DNA of 64,000 nucleotides from an uncultured cyanobacterium. GTDB lineage: Bacteria > Cyanobacteriota > Cyanobacteriia > Cyanobacteriales > Cyanobacteriaceae. Position 1 is the stretch's first letter, and every line of letters begins with the position of its first letter. The position numbers and the translations under genes were made by a program. The notes below the pieces were generated by a model. That model was not told where the DNA came from, ran no database searches, and saw only the letters and a program-made list of their open reading frames with translations. Below, piece after piece: positions 7,530 to 18,783 of this stretch. The DNA lies in assembly GCA_963710605.1 (NCBI GenBank), contig CAVQBA010000004.1, forward strand, positions 1,024,001 through 1,088,000, in the 5' to 3' direction.

Positions 7530-10511
7530 TTAAGGTTCTGTACTTGGAGTGTCTGTTTCTAAACTAGGAATAATCGTATTGTCTAAAGAACGAATAATCG
7601 CTGAATTTTCTTCAGTTTGAGCAGGAGTAAATATATTGTTAAGAGCTTTTTCTAATGTTTCATCCATGACGATTTGGTTTTCGTAAACGACAATAACTCT
7701 GGCTAAAGTAGGAACACTATTTTTTTCAGCTTCTATATATAAAGGTTCGACATATAATAAAGATTCCTCGATCGGGATAATCAGTAAATGTCCTTGAATT
7801 ACTTTTGAACCTTGACGATTCCATAAGGAAATTTGTCCAGAAATAGCTGGCTCTTGGTTAATCAGTGCTTCAATTTGATCAGGTCCAAAAATTAGTTTTT
7901 GTTTAGGAAATTGATACAATAATAATTTACCGTAGTTTTCGCCATCACAACGGGCGGCTAACCAAGCGATTAGGTTAGGACGAGATATGGGTGTATAAGG
8001 ATGTAGTAAAATAAATTCTTCTTTTTGCCCGATCGGTAACTTCATAATCAAATAATATGGTTGTACTGACCTAACTTCATTTGCATAAATTTCTCCAGGT
8101 ACATTCCATTGATCTTCTCTGTTGTAAAATACTTGAGCATCAGTCATATGATAGCTAAGGAGTCTTTCTGACTGAGTACTAAATAAATCGATCGGGTAAC
8201 GAATATGTTCACGAATACTCGGAGGCATATCATCTAGTTTTTGAAACAAATTAGGAAATATTTTTTGCCAAACTTTGATGATTGGATCATCTTCATCACT
8301 AACGTAAAATTTGACATCGCCATTTTCGGCGTTGATTACAACCTTGACGGAGTTACGAATATAATTAAATTGGTTTTCGCCACCGTCAGAATAAGGATAA
8401 TAGTTCGAGATGGTATAACTATCGATTAACCAATACAGGTGATCTAAAGGATCTTCTTCTCCTTTGGCAACGACAAGATAAGGATCTCGATCGTAAGAAA
8501 GAAAAGGAGCGATCGCACTTAAACGAGTAGTAAGATCTCGACGAAACAAAATGCGTGTTTCAGGAGTTACGTTATTAGTCAATAACATCCGCCAATCTTT
8601 GAGATAAACAGAAAATAACAATTTATCCCAAAAAGAGGCAATATTAACACCCCCCGTACCATCATAAGTAGTATAAGTATTATCCTGTCCGCTAGGAAAA
8701 TCAAATTCAGGTACACTAGTGTTCGTCATCACATAATCAGTAGTAACTTCGCCATAATAAATACGAGGGCGATAAATAGGAATACTTGCTCTAACTTCTT
8801 CTGAAGAAGTATTTAATGCACCCGGATCACTTTCTGTACCAATATCTTGGATAAAATAATAAGGTAAACCACCTTCTGCAACCCGATTAACAGGAGACAT
8901 GGTAAATCCATAACCGTGGGTATATACTAAATGTTGGTTTACCCATGTTTGAGCTTGTTCGGGTAACAGTTTAGCGTCTAATTCTCTAGGAGAGATAATT
9001 ACCTGTTTACTTTCTCCTGAAGAAGAATTTTTTTGGATATTATAACGATCGATATCTGCATCATAAAAAACGTAATAAGGACGAATCTGTTGTAGTTGTC
9101 TATTAGTTTTTAAAATCGGTAAGGTATCCCACAGACGAATATTGTTGATAGTGAGATTGTTTCTTTCAATGTCTTCGGCGGTTAGATTACCTTCAGGATT
9201 AAAGGTTTGTACTTCGATTTTGTCTAGGTTGAAAGCGGCTCTGGTGGCATCAATGTTATTGTTGATATAAGGCTCTTCTAACGCTAATTCATTCGGTTGT
9301 ACGATTGTATTTTGAACTAATTGAGCGAGTAACAACCCCGTACCATAAAAGCTAAAATACAAAATTACAGGAAACATCGAAAGTGTAACTAAACGAAATT
9401 TTTTATTTTTAAGTGAAATACGGTTATCTTGCCCCGCACCTGTCAAACATTTAAATAACAACCAAATAGATAATCCTAAAGCAAAAATACTTGCACCTGT
9501 TTCTCTAGGTAGATTAATATTCATATCAGTATAAGCCGCACCGTGAACTACACCATCAACTGATAAAAGTAAAACGTAACGATTTAACCAGTGAATGAGA
9601 GCTAAAACGAGCATCAAACCGCTACCGATACCATAGAGATGTCTTAACTCAAAACGATCGAAACCTCTAAATTTACCATCAGAAACACTGTTGTGAGCTA
9701 ATAAATATTTGATTGTAACTGTAGCTAAACAAATAATTAGTAAACTTTCAAGCCAAAGACTAATTAATTGTAAAAAAGGTAATTGAAAAATATAAAAACC
9801 TAAATCATGACCAAAAATTGGTTCTTTTTCACCAAAAGAAATACTATTAAAAAAATGTAAAAAACGAAACCAGTATTGAGCCGAAATCAATGCCATTAAA
9901 AAGCTATAGTAAAAACAAATTACACCAATAAAAATATTAGTTTTAGCTAATAAAACTACTGTAATGACGATCGCTAAAACTACCACTTGCCAAATCGGTA
10001 AATCTAATACAGTTTCTAAACGAGGAATAACATTTAATAAAAAAGGAAAAGAAGAAATTGGTTTTAAATTAGGTAGTTCTAATCCAATATTAGATAAGGC
10101 AATAAAAATATCAGTAAAATAAAATAGCGTTGAGCTAATCAAGACAACAAAACTAAAAATAATTAATAATAAAGAATAAAGTTTCAAAGGCGGTGATTGC
10201 CCTCTAAAACTTGCACCTTGCCGAATTAAAACATTTTGTTTAGTAATTTGTTGCTCAGCTAGTTTTAAATTTAACCCTAAACAAATAGCTGAAATAACTA
10301 AAATAAATAAACCTAAACATAGTTTAGTAAATACTTGAGTTGTAAAAGCAGATAAGTAACCTACTTCTTGATACCAAAGAATGTTCGCCGTAATTTTACT
10401 AATGCAAATAATGGCAATATAGGCAAGCAAAATAGTCATCAAAAAGATAAGAATAAAGTTATGACGCTTTTTATCCTGAAATTTTGATAGTTTTTTGGTA
10501 GGATTAATCAT
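7530..10511 (-). CDS. UPF0182 family membrane protein
   Basis: LWYQEVGY, DLGFYIFQLPF, NIRLWD, HLVYTHGYG, NYIRNSVK. Confidence 0.92.
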   Translation of the reverse strand: MINPTKKLSKFQDKKRHNFILIFLMTILLAYIAIICISKITANILWYQEVGYLSAFTTQVFTKLCLGLFILVISAICLGLNLKLAEQQITKQNVLIRQGASFRGQSPPLKLYSLLLIIFSFVVLISSTLFYFTDIFIALSNIGLELPNLKPISSFPFLLNVIPRLETVLDLPIWQVVVLAIVITVVLLAKTNIFIGVICFYYSFLMALISAQYWFRFLHFFNSISFGEKEPIFGHDLGFYIFQLPFLQLISLWLESLLIICLATVTIKYLLAHNSVSDGKFRGFDRFELRHLYGIGSGLMLVLALIHWLNRYVLLLSVDGVVHGAAYTDMNINLPRETGASIFALGLSIWLLFKCLTGAGQDNRISLKNKKFRLVTLSMFPVILYFSFYGTGLLLAQLVQNTIVQPNELALEEPYINNNIDATRAAFNLDKIEVQTFNPEGNLTAEDIERNNLTINNIRLWDTLPILKTNRQLQQIRPYYVFYDADIDRYNIQKNSSSGESKQVIISPRELDAKLLPEQAQTWVNQHLVYTHGYGFTMSPVNRVAEGGLPYYFIQDIGTESDPGALNTSSEEVRASIPIYRPRIYYGEVTTDYVMTNTSVPEFDFPSGQDNTYTTYDGTGGVNIASFWDKLLFSVYLKDWRMLLTNNVTPETRILFRRDLTTRLSAIAPFLSYDRDPYLVVAKGEEDPLDHLYWLIDSYTISNYYPYSDGGENQFNYIRNSVKVVINAENGDVKFYVSDEDDPIIKVWQKIFPNLFQKLDDMPPSIREHIRYPIDLFSTQSERLLSYHMTDAQVFYNREDQWNVPGEIYANEVRSVQPYYLIMKLPIGQKEEFILLHPYTPISRPNLIAWLAARCDGENYGKLLLYQFPKQKLIFGPDQIEALINQEPAISGQISLWNRQGSKVIQGHLLIIPIEESLLYVEPLYIEAEKNSVPTLARVIVVYENQIVMDETLEKALNNIFTPAQTEENSAIIRSLDNTIIPSLETDTPSTEP

Positions 10512-10952
10512 TTAATAACAACGTGAAAAGTATCCGATTAAAAGAAATAGTTAAAAAAATTGCAAATACCTCAATACATATAGCTGATTATTTAATATCA
10601 AATTGGTTGCTGATATTCTTGGCTAATTTAGAACGTAATGATTATCTTGAAAAAAATTTGTTGATTGCAATTGATTATCTAATTATATGATATTAAGATA
10701 AGTCAGTAGCGAATATTTTCCTGATAGACGATCGTGGTTATAAAATTTGCTTAGCAAAAAGTGTATCTTAAAAATAAAGTACCTAATTTAACCACCAAAG
10801 AATGTAAATAATTGAGAATAGAGATACATCTAGCGTTGTAGCTATTTTAAATAAATATGAACGAAAAACCAACGAATAATGATGGTTAAAGTCAATAATT
10901 TCTCTTAACTATTAAGTAAAATCACAAGAGTTTGTTTGTCTTGAAATAAGTA

Positions 10953-11159
10953 TATAGCAATTATCACCATTATGAAGGACAAAAAGATCCCCCACTCATC
11001 CCCCTCTATCCCCCTTGCCACGGGGCTTACAAGCACAGCCAAATCAATTCAGGTGACAGCCCCTCCCCTTCGTAAGGGGGAAGATAAGCAGATGCTTCGC
11101 TTTTATGTCTGGGGACTTGAAAATAATTAATGTACCTCATAATTATGGGAAACGCTATA
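10953..11159. mobile_element. TATAGC...GCTATA-bounded MITE-like element with G/C hairpin core and a nested 49-bp module
   Basis: Imperfect TIRs TATAGCAATTATCACCATTATGAAGGACA / TGTACCTCATAATTATGGGAAACGCTATA; core related to 50187-50272; 11018-11066 repeated in inverted form at 30427-30475. Confidence 0.65.
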
Positions 11160-11563
11160 ATAATCAAAAAATCAAATTTAGCTAAACAACCTAAAATTGT
11201 TAAGATTAGTTAAGAAGTTATTTTATCTATAGTTTACAGAGGTTTGATTAGAAAAATCAATTTTAGCTAGAACAAATTAATTTTCTGCTTAAAAATACTT
11301 AAATAAATATCCCTAAAATAAGTAAAATAGTTTTGTTGATACTTACAGATTAAAAAAAGTTTGATAGCTTTTAGATAATAATAAATATAAAAAATAGTCT
11401 ATTATATAAAAATATAATTAATCATAAAAAAATAGTTAATCTATAATTTACCTAAAGTAAATATATGAGTTAATAGTTTTAGATTTTCTGCATAGATTGA
11501 AAAAATATTTTTTTTATTGATAAATATCTTCAGCACTCATAATATTAACCTTATATTTAACCA

Positions 11564-13123
11564 ATGTTTAAATCATTATCCGACGTAGTTAAATCATTCG
11601 GAAATGGCTCAAGTCAGACTCTTGCCAACCGTTATCTAATTATTAATCAAATAGGTAAAGGGGCGATGGGAGAAGTTTATAAAGCAATCGATAAACAATC
11701 TGGAGATTCTATAGTTGCAGTTAAATTTCTTTCTCAAGCATTAATCAAAGATAAAATGCTTAAAAGGTTTGAAAATGAAGCGAAGATAAGTGCTTTACTA
11801 GGAGAACAAAGTAATCATATTATCAAAGTCAAAGACTATGGAATCATTGACCAGACTATACCTTATTATGTGATGGAGTATTTAGAAGGAGATGATTTAG
11901 ATCATTTAATTAAATATAAAGCAATTTCGATCGCTAAATTTTTATATTTAACTCGTCAGATTTGTTTAGGATTAGAATGTGCACACAATGGTATTTTAGT
12001 CAATGGAGAATTAGCAACAATTATTCATCGAGATATTAAACCCAGTAATATTTTTTTAGCCCAAGACAAAAATAAGCAAATAATTTGTAAAGTATTAGAT
12101 TTTGGTATTGCTCAAGTAAACGATTCTGAGCAAGGAGAATCTCAGCACAAGTTTATGGGTACACCTGAATATTGTTCTCCTGAGCAAATGGCAGAAGATG
12201 AATTAAAACCGACTTCAGATATTTACAGTTTAGGGGTAATGATGTACGAAATGTTAGCCCAAAAAACGCCGATAACCGCCGATAATAAAAGTTTTCAAGC
12301 ATGGTTTCGAGCTCATAATGAAGCAATGCCTAAATCGTTACCTACTTATCTTAATTTACCTCGTCAGTTAGAAAATTTGATCATGAGATGTTTAGCTAAA
12401 TCTCCTCAAGATAGACCTCAAAATATCCAAGAAATTTTACAAATTATTACCCCTTTAGAAAGAGAATATAATAATCCGAAAAAAGCACAATCTAAAGCGA
12501 TTAAAGAAAAGTCTTTACCCTCAAATCAAAGTTCTACTCTTGATGAAAAAAAAATGGAGAAAGAAGTAGATTCAATTTCTTTATATCAAATATATATGCA
12601 AAGTAGTTGGCCAGAAGATAAACCACAACAAAAGATTGTTTTTCCTAGTTTAACAAATGCAAAAGAAGGTAATTTTTCTAGTTTATGGACAATGCTTGAA
12701 TCTAAAGAAATCAATATTTTTCAGCCACAATCAACATTTTGCTTTAATTATTTTTTATTTCAACTTAAACCACATCCGATGATTTTGTGGATTAATTTAC
12801 TTTATCAACGTAATTATAAGCCTAAGTGGCTAGCTTGTTATCTCGATTTAAAAACAGAAATTGGTTATCAAATAAGTAATAATTTGGTTTCCACACCTTT
12901 GTATTATATTCTTTTATTTGAGTTGGCAAAACCCGATAAATACAAGACTATGTTAATGACAGAAATTAGCCAAGAAAAGATTAATCAAATTGAAAATTTT
13001 ATTTTAAAAAGTGCTTCTGTCTCTGGGGCAAATAAAGTACAAGAAAGTAAATCTGCTCTTCAAAAACAATTTTTGACAATTAAAGATAAAATAATTTCAG
13101 CGATCGAAAAATCTCGTCTTTAG
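11564..13123 (+). CDS. Hanks-type Ser/Thr protein kinase (SpkA-like)
   Basis: GKGAMGEVY, VAVK, HRDIKPSN, DFG, GTPEYCSPE. Confidence 0.93.
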   Translation: MFKSLSDVVKSFGNGSSQTLANRYLIINQIGKGAMGEVYKAIDKQSGDSIVAVKFLSQALIKDKMLKRFENEAKISALLGEQSNHIIKVKDYGIIDQTIPYYVMEYLEGDDLDHLIKYKAISIAKFLYLTRQICLGLECAHNGILVNGELATIIHRDIKPSNIFLAQDKNKQIICKVLDFGIAQVNDSEQGESQHKFMGTPEYCSPEQMAEDELKPTSDIYSLGVMMYEMLAQKTPITADNKSFQAWFRAHNEAMPKSLPTYLNLPRQLENLIMRCLAKSPQDRPQNIQEILQIITPLEREYNNPKKAQSKAIKEKSLPSNQSSTLDEKKMEKEVDSISLYQIYMQSSWPEDKPQQKIVFPSLTNAKEGNFSSLWTMLESKEINIFQPQSTFCFNYFLFQLKPHPMILWINLLYQRNYKPKWLACYLDLKTEIGYQISNNLVSTPLYYILLFELAKPDKYKTMLMTEISQEKINQIENFILKSASVSGANKVQESKSALQKQFLTIKDKIISAIEKSRL

Positions 13124-13745
13124 TAAGTATTAATAAGTGATTATTAATTTAGTTTAAAAATAACCATTCGATATTTACTTGAAAATCAAAAAATAATAAT
13201 TGGATTAGCAAATAATGATTAATTTATTAATGCTAAATAGTTGACTCTCGATTAATTAACTCATCGCTCAAATGTTGAAGATAATCATTTATGATAGATA
13301 AATAGTAATAATTTTATTGTCACTCTTTGCCTTGTATTTGTTTTGTTAATGAGCCTAAATTATGATGAGATTCAAAAATCGATCGAACACATCCTCAAAT
13401 AAACTCGGTGAAAAAAGAGAGAATATTTAAAATACAATAGAGGTTTGATTAATTAATCTCAATTTGCGATAACCTAACTGAGTAACTAATGATAAACCCT
13501 TAATCAATTGACCGAAAAACTAACTTAAGCAAATAACTGTTTGAATTTGATTTATATTAGTCAAGTTAACTAACTACAAATTTATATTTATAGTTTCAGA
13601 CAAGGCGAATACGTTTTGAAGCTTAAAAACGAGATTTGAAACCAGATTTATTTGTTTAAACAAACTTTATTTCTAGCGATTATTTTTTTGCTCTTTAAAA
13701 GAAAAAGAGCTGACATTATTTAATTATTTATTTTATATACCAAAG

Positions 13746-16397
13746 ATGCAACCGACTGATCCAAATAAGTTTACCGAAATTGCTTGGGATGCCATTGTGC
13801 GATCGCAGGATATTTGCCGTGATTTTAAACATAAAAATTTAGAAGTAGAACATTTAATCTTAGCGTTACTAGAAGAAAATACGATCGCTAGCAAAATATT
13901 CGAGCATAGTGGGTTAGAAGTAACTCGCTTAGGCAAACAAATCAAAATGTTTGTCAGCCGACAACCAAAAATGTTTGATATTGCTCAGTTGTATCTAGGG
14001 CGTAGCTTAGATTTATTGTTAGACAGAGCAGAAAAATGCCGTGAAAGTTGGGATGATGAATATATTGGCGTTTCTCATATGTTGGTTGCCTTCGCTGAAG
14101 ATCAAAGATTAGGCAAAAAAACCTTACGTAATTTTAACTTAGATCCTCAGGACTTCGAGTTGAAAATTAAAGAATACAAAACTAAAGTTGAGCAGATGGA
14201 AGCCGAATCCACTGAAACAGGGGAAGAAGCGAATCAAAATATTGATAGTCAAACACCAGACTCTGAGCCTTCTTTAAATAAGTTTGGACGGGATTTGACC
14301 GCCGAAGCGGCTGATGGGAAATTAGACCCCGTTATCGGTCGTGATGATGAGGTTAGACGGATTATTCAGGTATTGTCTAGACGCTCTAAAAATAATCCTG
14401 TTTTAATAGGTGAACCCGGTGTTGGTAAAACTGCGATCGCAGAAGGATTAGCTCAAAGAATTGTTAATGGTGATGTACCAGACTCACTTAAAAACCGTCA
14501 ACTAATCTCTCTAGATATGGGTAGCTTGATTGCAGGTGCAAAATATCGAGGACAATTTGAAGAAAGACTTAGAGGTGTTTTAAAAGAAGTAATTAATTCC
14601 GATGGACAAATTATTTTGTTTATTGATGAACTACATACTGTAGTTGGTGCAGGTGCAAGAGAAGGCGGAGCGATGGATGCAGGAAACTTACTCAAACCAT
14701 TATTGGCTAGAGGTGAATTGCGTTGTATTGGGGCAACAACCTTAGATGAGTATCGCAAACATATAGAAAAAGATCCAGCTTTAGAAAGACGTTTTCAGCA
14801 AGTATATGTCAAGCAACCTAGTGTAGAAGATACCATTTCTATCCTCAGGGGGTTAAAAGAAAGATATGAAATGCACCACGGCGTAAAGATAACCGATTCA
14901 GCTTTAATTGCGGCGGCGACACTTTCTCATCGTTATATAACAGGGCGTTTTTTACCTGATAAAGCGATCGATTTAGTCGATGAAGCGGCGGCTAAACTGA
15001 AGATGGAAATTACCTCTAAACCTGTTGAATTAGAAGTACTCGATTGACGTTTGATGCAATTGCAAATGGAGCAGTTATCTCTTTCAGGAGAAGAAAATAA
15101 CGGTAAAGCTAGTCAAGAAAATTTAGAAAGAATATCAACTGAAATTGAAGGATTAAAAGTCAAACAAGAAGAATTATCGACTCAATGGCTAAAAGAAAAA
15201 GAATTACTTGATGAAATCAACGACTTAAAAGAAGAAGAAAAAGCTTTAAAAGTACAAGTTGAGCAAGCAGAAAGAGATTACGACTTAAACACCGCCGCCG
15301 AGCTTAAATACGGTAAAGTAGAAACCTTACATACAGAGATAGAAACCAAAGAAGCAAAACTAAGTGAAGTGCAATCTCAAGAAAATGCTATGCTTCGAGA
15401 AGATGTTACCGAAGACGATATAGCTGAAATTATTGCCAGTACGACGGGTATTCCTCTTAATCGTCTATTAGAAAGCGAAAGACAAAAATTACTCGAATTA
15501 GAATCTCATCTTCATCAAAGAGTTATTGGGCAAACCGAAGCAGTATCGATCGTCTCAGCGGCTATCAGAAGAGCCAGAGCGGGGATGAAAGACCCTAGTC
15601 GCCCTATTGGCTCATTTTTATTCATGGGTCCTACAGGGGTCGGTAAAACAGAATTAGCTAGAGCTTTAGCCGCTTTCTTATTCGACTCAGAAGATGCGAT
15701 GGTGAGAATTGATATGTCTGAATATATGGAAAAACATTCAGTTTCTCGTCTAATCGGCGCGCCTCCGGGGTATGTAGGTTACGAAGAAGGTGGACAATTA
15801 TCTGAAGCTGTTCGTCGTCGTCCTTATTCGGTTATCTTACTTGATGAGGTGGAAAAAGCTCATCGTGATGTTTTTAATATTTTATTACAAGTTTTGGATG
15901 ATGGTAGAATTACAGACAGTCAAGGGCGAATGGTTGATTTTCGTAATACTGTAATTGTGATGACTTCTAATATTGGTAGTGAGTATATTTTACAATTAGC
16001 AGGAGATGATGGTAATTATGAACCAATGAAAGACAAAGCGTTGCTTGCTTTACGTAAACATTTCCGCCCTGAGTTTCTCAATCGTATTGATGACTTGATT
16101 ATCTTCCACGGTTTGAACAAAGAAGAATTACGCCATATTGTTTCAATTCAACTCAAACGACTAGAAAACTTACTTTCAGAGCAAAGTATCAGTATCGAAT
16201 TAACGCCCGAAGCACAAGACTATATCGTTGATGCAGGATACGATCCAACTTACGGTGCGAGACCGATAAAACGTGCTATACAACGTGAGTTAGAAAATCC
16301 TCTGGCGACAAAAATACTAGATAATAGCTTCAGCGATGGAGACAAAGTGCTTGTTAGTCTAGAGGAGGAAGAGTTGATTTTTGCCAAAGCCGAATAA
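13746..16397 (+). CDS. clpB: ATP-dependent chaperone ClpB (in-frame TGA at 15045-15047, probably an error for CGA)
   Basis: Two AAA+ modules ([16 protein letters not shown]) and a coiled-coil M domain; both ORF-track pieces are in the same frame, and CGA restores 'DRRLMQL'. Confidence 0.93.
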
Positions 16398-16409
16398 TCA
16401 ACAACTATG

Positions 16410-16433
16410 GTAGGGGTGCAAGCTTTGCACCCT
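16410..16433 (+). repeat. GTAG-type REP hairpin
   Basis: GTAGGGGTGCAAGCTTTGCACCCT; near-identical copy at 21041-21064. Confidence 0.75.
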
Positions 16434-16843
16434 GTAATCCGCCTTAAATTTTAATTTCTCGGTGGGAGTTTTATGCTCATATTTGAAGTGGAATTATCGA
16501 TCGTCTCCGTTTAAATTGAAGTAACAATCGATTAATTTTTAGTAAGCTTGTGTTTAGAGTAGGTTCTATTATTTAATATTTCTAAAGTTTGTTGATAAGT
16601 CTTAACTTTTTGTGAACCTGATATGATGAGCTCGTATTTATCCTCTTCCAAAAAGGAATCAGATTTTTCTTGGTGTAGAAAATTCTCTGGTGACTCTTTG
16701 ACAAAATTGTTGGGCTGATGATTGAGTAAATTAATACCTTTAAAAGAACGATTTTCGCTATGGTGGTAATGCCAACAAACTAGCTCGCTTTTACTCTGAA
16801 CGAAGCATTGTGCGATCGGGGAGTAGATATTAACTTGAGAAAT

Positions 16844-17800
16844 TTAATCAGTATCTTTGACTCGAACAGAATTGGTAATTGCTTGTATTGACGGCATTAA
16901 TTTTTCTACTTCTTCAGCTTCTCCAGCAACAATTAATCTTACGTAAGAGGATGTATTTGCTGAAATCTTTAAATATTGCAATACAACTCCATCAGTTACT
17001 ATAGCTTCAATTAAATAACCATTTCCACCAGCGAAATTAATCGGTTTTCGATCGCTGATTATTGCATTAGTAAATCCTTCAGTATTTAGTAAAAGTCGCT
17101 CTGCAAAGGTGGCTAAGTCTGTGGTGTTTACTACCGAACCGATCGAACTCGCAATGACGATTACCGGTTTTTTTCCAGAGGAATCTGATTCGCCATTAGG
17201 AGTTAAGGCAACACCCGAACCAGAAATAGTTTGAAGTACTTGAAAAGGAGGAGCAACTTTGAATGTAAAGGGTAGCTGACTGATTTGTTCTTCTACAGAA
17301 GGAGTTGCCGAAATCTCGATCGATTCAATTGCTTTGATGACAGCTTCTTCGCCGAGACGATCGTCTGTAACATTAAATGTTAGCAAAATCGTTTTATCTC
17401 CACGTAGCAAAGCGATATACTTATCAACACTTACGTCATTAACGTTTTGAACTCCTGTGACAAAAGGAACTTGCATATTACCTACTATTACAGTCGATAC
17501 TTCTTTAACTAAAATCCCTTGACTAGCAAAGGCTTCGATCGCTGTCTGGGTGGAAGAAAATATGGTAGCAATTTCTGAATAACCTTCAAGAGGAAGTTCG
17601 GTGATGACGATACTTGAAAAATTATCCAGATTAACAAATCCTGAAAACTGTTCGGAGAGGCTAAAACCTACTGGCGGTTCTAATGATATACTCGTTCCTG
17701 GCACTGGAACTAATTGTGCGTTTGCGAAGGAGGAGAATGAAGCTACAGCAAATGCCGAACTAGTAGCGAGTAAGAATCTCTTAAGCCAATTTGTTTTCAT
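16844..17800 (-). CDS. Secreted hypothetical protein with two internally similar domains
   Basis: Signal-peptide-like N-terminus (…FANAQ); ISLEPPVGF and LPFTFKVAPPF begin two similar halves. Confidence 0.7.
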   Translation of the reverse strand: MKTNWLKRFLLATSSAFAVASFSSFANAQLVPVPGTSISLEPPVGFSLSEQFSGFVNLDNFSSIVITELPLEGYSEIATIFSSTQTAIEAFASQGILVKEVSTVIVGNMQVPFVTGVQNVNDVSVDKYIALLRGDKTILLTFNVTDDRLGEEAVIKAIESIEISATPSVEEQISQLPFTFKVAPPFQVLQTISGSGVALTPNGESDSSGKKPVIVIASSIGSVVNTTDLATFAERLLLNTEGFTNAIISDRKPINFAGGNGYLIEAIVTDGVVLQYLKISANTSSYVRLIVAGEAEEVEKLMPSIQAITNSVRVKDTD

Positions 17801-18137
17801 TTATCAATCTACCTACTAGAGACTCGGATAAATCATATCATTTTAGACCAAGTTCGTTTAATTAATTATAATAAAATCTTTACGATCGTATATTAAATGA
17901 AAAAAGTTATCGTAACTTTATTTTAATTCTTCATAATTGAATGACTAAAGTCATTACTACAAGCCCTATTTATAAGCAATCGACCGAACTTGATATTAGA
18001 CTAAATTTCTTTAATCTTTAATCTGTTTATCTTTATAATAAGTTCTGCTTCGACGATTTTCGTATCTTTGTTGGTGAGTTAAATCATCATTAACAACGAT
18101 CGTTATCACATCATCAACAGTTTCCTCTATCCATTCA

Positions 18138-18728
18138 TCATTGTCCTGAACTTCTTGGCATTCCGTATTTAGTTGAGATTCTGTTACAGTATTTTTTTGC
18201 TGATGTTTGAGAAAATTTGAAAGCATATCCTTCTTCTCCAGGGGCAATAGTTGTCCATCCCATTTCTTCCATCTTAACTTTATCTCGATAATAATCAATA
18301 GCGTCTTCGATCGCATCAAGTTCAAGAATCGATCCAAAAGAATTACCTTCACAATAGTAAAGAGCTATTTTCGTTGCATACCAAATTAGCCAAAAACCAA
18401 CAGGTGTTATATCTCTGTCTTGTATTCGGCAAGATTCTATATGCAATATCTCGACATATTCAGCCAGATTATTTGTTGGTGGATATGGATAAAGAGCAAA
18501 ATGAATCAAACCTAGAATTTGACCTTTCCAACTCAATTTAATTATACATTCACAATCCCAGTCAGCTTTTTGCCAAAACCTTTGCCAGTTACAAACCCAA
18601 TTATCTCGATTTAAAGATAGAATATCGATTTCTTTACAAGGAGTCAAACAAGCAACGGTTTGTTTCTCACTATTTTTGTTTCTAACATTAACGTGGTATT
18701 GAGGAAGTTGTTCTGGTTTATTCATCAC
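18138..18728 (-). CDS. Hypothetical protein, probable GNAT-fold acetyltransferase
   Basis: GQILGLIHF...YVEILHIES...PVGFWLIWYA...LELDAIEDAIDYY pattern resembles GNAT motifs A and B. Confidence 0.55.
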   Translation of the reverse strand: MMNKPEQLPQYHVNVRNKNSEKQTVACLTPCKEIDILSLNRDNWVCNWQRFWQKADWDCECIIKLSWKGQILGLIHFALYPYPPTNNLAEYVEILHIESCRIQDRDITPVGFWLIWYATKIALYYCEGNSFGSILELDAIEDAIDYYRDKVKMEEMGWTTIAPGEEGYAFKFSQTSAKKYCNRISTKYGMPRSSGQ

Positions 18729-18783
18729 ATATTATTTATATAATTATTTGAATTAAGTTGAGCGTAATTAAAGAATTTTTTTA

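Noticed and set aside
11238-13451. AGAGGTTTGATTA direct repeat flanking the Ser/Thr kinase gene, as an att site or target duplication
   Set aside because: Only 13 bp, no integrase or transposase nearby, and the kinase looks like a core gene.
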